DNA from: Longimicrobiales bacterium
GTDB taxonomy: Bacteria > Gemmatimonadota > Gemmatimonadetes > Longimicrobiales > Gaopeijiaceae
Length of the DNA stretch: 64,000 nt
NCBI GenBank assembly: GCA_965248195.1
Contig: CBDFIQ010000002.1
Location: 1,920,001-1,984,000, forward strand
Direction of reading: 5' to 3'
Made by a program: the position numbers and the translations under genes
Shown: positions 61,480-64,000 of the stretch, one piece after another
Layout: each line of letters starts with the position of its first letter
Position numbering within the stretch: position 1 is the first letter of the stretch
Notes under the pieces: model-generated
Database searches by the model: none
What the model saw: only the letters and a program-made list of their open reading frames with translations
What the model was told of the DNA's origin: nothing

Positions 61480-62467
61480 AGTCCTGCTCGAAGTACTCGC
61501 GCACCGGACGCATGGCGTCCTTCAATCTTTGATCGAAGGCATCCGCGGAGTCTATGCCCTCATACTTCAAGAGGTGATTCATGGCCACCACCTCCGAGAT
61601 TACCGTGATGTTTTTTCCGGCATTGAGCGGAATCGTCACTTGCGGAACCTTGATCCCGAGCACGTCAACCTCGGTCGTCTCGAGGCCGGTCCGCGTATAG
61701 GCACGGTCTTCGTCCCAAAGCTCCAGAAGGACCATCACTTCGATACGCTTCTGCTGGCGCGTGGCGTGGATCCCAAAGAGCGTGCGGATGTCAATGATGC
61801 CGAGACCCCGAATTTCCATGTGGTGCGCCTGGAGTTGATGCCCCTGGCCAAGAAGAATGTCCGGCCCGTGCCGCGAGACGATGACGTGGTCATCTGCCAC
61901 GAGTCGGTGGCCTCGCTCAACCAGGTCCAACACACACTCGCTCTTCCCGACACCGCTCTCTCCGACGAAGAGCAACCCCACGCCGTATACGTCGGCCAAG
62001 GAACCATGGAGATTGGTGCGGGGGGCGAGAATCGCATCGAGATAGGGCTTGACCCGTCGGTAGAATTCCTTGGTGCTGAGACCCGAGCGGAGGATCGGAA
62101 CCGAACATTCTGCGGCCACCTCGACAAATTCGTCGGACAGCGATAACGCCTTCGTGACGAACACGACTGGAATTCCGAAACCGAGGACACCCTTGACCCG
62201 GTCTCGCCGCTCCTCTGGGGACAGGCCTTCCAGATAAGCGATCTCGGTTTCACCAAACACCTGAATTCGATCTGACGAGAACCGCTCCGTGTACCCGGCC
62301 AAGGCGAGCCCCGGGCTGGAGAGATCGGGGTCCCGAACCGGGCGCTCCAGGTTGGTGTCGGGGGTCAGGACTTCGAGCTGGAGCGTCTCTCGCCTATCCT
62401 CGAACAGCCGCTGGACGGTGATCTCCGGGATCGACTCCGGCGAGGCCTCCGGCGAATCGCTAGTCAA
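61472..62467 (-). CDS. hprK: HPr kinase/phosphorylase
   Basis: GESGVGKSE, LVADD and EIRGLGII motifs. Confidence 0.97.
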   Translation of the reverse strand: MTSDSPEASPESIPEITVQRLFEDRRETLQLEVLTPDTNLERPVRDPDLSSPGLALAGYTERFSSDRIQVFGETEIAYLEGLSPEERRDRVKGVLGFGIPVVFVTKALSLSDEFVEVAAECSVPILRSGLSTKEFYRRVKPYLDAILAPRTNLHGSLADVYGVGLLFVGESGVGKSECVLDLVERGHRLVADDHVIVSRHGPDILLGQGHQLQAHHMEIRGLGIIDIRTLFGIHATRQQKRIEVMVLLELWDEDRAYTRTGLETTEVDVLGIKVPQVTIPLNAGKNITVISEVVAMNHLLKYEGIDSADAFDQRLKDAMRPVREYFEQDYE

Positions 62468-62474
62468 ATAGGGG

Positions 62475-62801
62475 CTACTCCTCTGCGAGAGCTTCGGTCA
62501 GCGGTGGAGCTCGGTGGTCCTTCGTCTGGTCGGAAAGCTTCCGAAGCTGACGCGCCAGGCGAACGTTCACCTGGCTCAGAGCTTCGCTGAAGTCCTCGCC
62601 TTCCCCGGTGGCGACGATCGTGTCACTCCGGTCGATGTGCAGAATCCCCTCGATCTTCTTGGAGTTCTTTTCTTCATCGAAAATGACCTCGACGACGGAA
62701 ACGCGAGCGTCGTACTTTTTCAGCTTGGAGAGGAGCTCCTCGGTGCGGGCTCGAAGGGACTCGGGAAGGGTCGTATGTCGCGACGTGATCCGAACTTCCA
62801 T
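62475..62801 (-). CDS. hpf: Ribosome hibernation factor HPF/RaiA
   Basis: ITSRH...KLKKY...RQLRK pattern; upstream of hprK. Confidence 0.85.
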   Translation of the reverse strand: MEVRITSRHTTLPESLRARTEELLSKLKKYDARVSVVEVIFDEEKNSKKIEGILHIDRSDTIVATGEGEDFSEALSQVNVRLARQLRKLSDQTKDHRAPPLTEALAEE

Positions 62802-62867
62802 GCCGCCTCCATTTTTGACTTCTCACGACGACTCAACATCGGCTCGTGGTCCCGCACGTAACCAAAG

Positions 62868-63995
62868 TTAGCTCTGACTGGGCACCTCGACTACCCACTC
62901 CTGTAGGAACTTCTCCATGGAACGCGCCGAAGCGTCCCAACCGAACCGCTCGGCGAAGCGCCTGGCACCGGCTCCCAATCGTGCGCGTGTTTCTTCATCC
63001 CCGAGGAGCTCTTCGATCCGCCGGCTGAGAATCTCGACGTCCCCGTGGGGCACGAGAAATCCGGTTTGCCCATCCACCACCGAATCCCTGAGGCCGGGCA
63101 CATCGCTAGCGATGGTCGGCGTGCCACAAGCCGCGGCCTCCAGGTTCGAGATGCCCCAGCCCTCCTTCACCGACGTGAGGAGATTGATCCAGCTCTTCCG
63201 AAGGAGCCCCCCCTTCTCCACCTCGGATACGTAGCCCAGAAACTCAACGTGTCGCTCCAGGCCGAGGGACACGCGGAGCGCCTCCAGCCGCGGCTGATCG
63301 TCTCCACGACCCGCTACGAGCAGGCGGCACGAAGTCCCTCGCTCCACCAGTGCCGCCACGGCCTGGAGCAAGAGGTCGATGCGCTTGTAGCGTTTGACTC
63401 TTCCCAGGTACAGGAGGGTGGGTTCGGGAAAGCGCTCGTCGGGCGCAGGGGGAGACAAGACCTCGAGATCCACCCCATTGGGAATGATCTCGATCCCGCT
63501 ACGTGGCATCCCGCGCCGCGCGAGATCCTCCGCAGTACTTTCGGAAACCGCCACCGTCGGCACGGATCGGAACACTCTTGGCACCGGCAGCTCGAGGAGC
63601 CAGGTCGCTGCCGCCACCGGGAGGGACGCCTCTTGAAATGCCGCCGTCCCGAAGAGGTGGTGGACGATCAAGGCCACCGGTGCCCCGACCCCCCAAAAGG
63701 GCGAAAAAAAAGGCACCTTGTTCAGGTCCTCCACCACGACGTCGAACCGCTCGGCCCGGAGTCGGCGTCTGAAGTAAACCGGGGCAACGAGAGAAAGCGT
63801 GTATCGGCTGCCGACCCGATGCACTTCAATGCCGTCGAGCACGGTGCGGCGCGCACTCCCCGGCCACGCCGAGCATAAGAGCGTGACCGAATGTCCCCAC
63901 GTCACGAGTCGGCGGAAAATCTCTTGGAGATGGACCTCCGCCCCACCGGCCTGCGGGTTTTCCGGATCGAGCCAGTTGAGAACGAGGATCTTCAC
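62868..63995 (-). CDS. GT4 glycosyltransferase
   Basis: AGGAE, NGVD, YLGR...K and EGWGISNLEAAACG motifs. Confidence 0.92.
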   Translation of the reverse strand: MKILVLNWLDPENPQAGGAEVHLQEIFRRLVTWGHSVTLLCSAWPGSARRTVLDGIEVHRVGSRYTLSLVAPVYFRRRLRAERFDVVVEDLNKVPFFSPFWGVGAPVALIVHHLFGTAAFQEASLPVAAATWLLELPVPRVFRSVPTVAVSESTAEDLARRGMPRSGIEIIPNGVDLEVLSPPAPDERFPEPTLLYLGRVKRYKRIDLLLQAVAALVERGTSCRLLVAGRGDDQPRLEALRVSLGLERHVEFLGYVSEVEKGGLLRKSWINLLTSVKEGWGISNLEAAACGTPTIASDVPGLRDSVVDGQTGFLVPHGDVEILSRRIEELLGDEETRARLGAGARRFAERFGWDASARSMEKFLQEWVVEVPSQS

Positions 63996-64000
63996 GCACC

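Noticed and set aside
1..64000. CRISPR array, rRNA or tRNA genes, in-frame UGA selenoproteins
   Set aside because: None seen. The GGTTCGA motifs near 48.6-48.7 kb belong to tmRNA and its partial copy; TrxC and OsmC use cysteine codons.

Overview
GC-rich bacterial chromosome segment, probably Gemmatimonadota. This is inferred from the tmRNA tag ANNELALAA, the hpf-hprK-PTS(Man)-ptsH-ptsI-metK gene order and a stand-alone FlgD/T9SS-like domain protein. Left arm (1-20 kb): rpe-rpiA-fbaB divergent from a DAHP synthase that has an unannotated Phe/Tyr leader-peptide attenuator; argGH; trxC; a TonB receptor; an ergothioneine cluster (egtC, egtD, egtB) head-to-head with a betaine-type ABC importer; a GT-C protein; and a REC-GGDEF-EAL regulator. 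Middle (20-47 kb): an amino-sugar/lipid-carrier glycosylation cluster running into a decayed accessory region. That region holds two IS3 and two IS256 copies, three IS-interrupted genes (one HEPN-like), gene fragments, a TPR protein and a compositionally distinct Na+-pumping decarboxylase operon. Right arm (47-64 kb): icd, tmRNA followed by a palindromic element built from its own 3' end, dusB, ptsN, selB-recO, metK and a mannose-type PTS operon. Four single-base frameshifts, one in metK, all sit in homopolymer runs and look like sequencing errors. All calls are from reading motifs by eye; no database searches were run.
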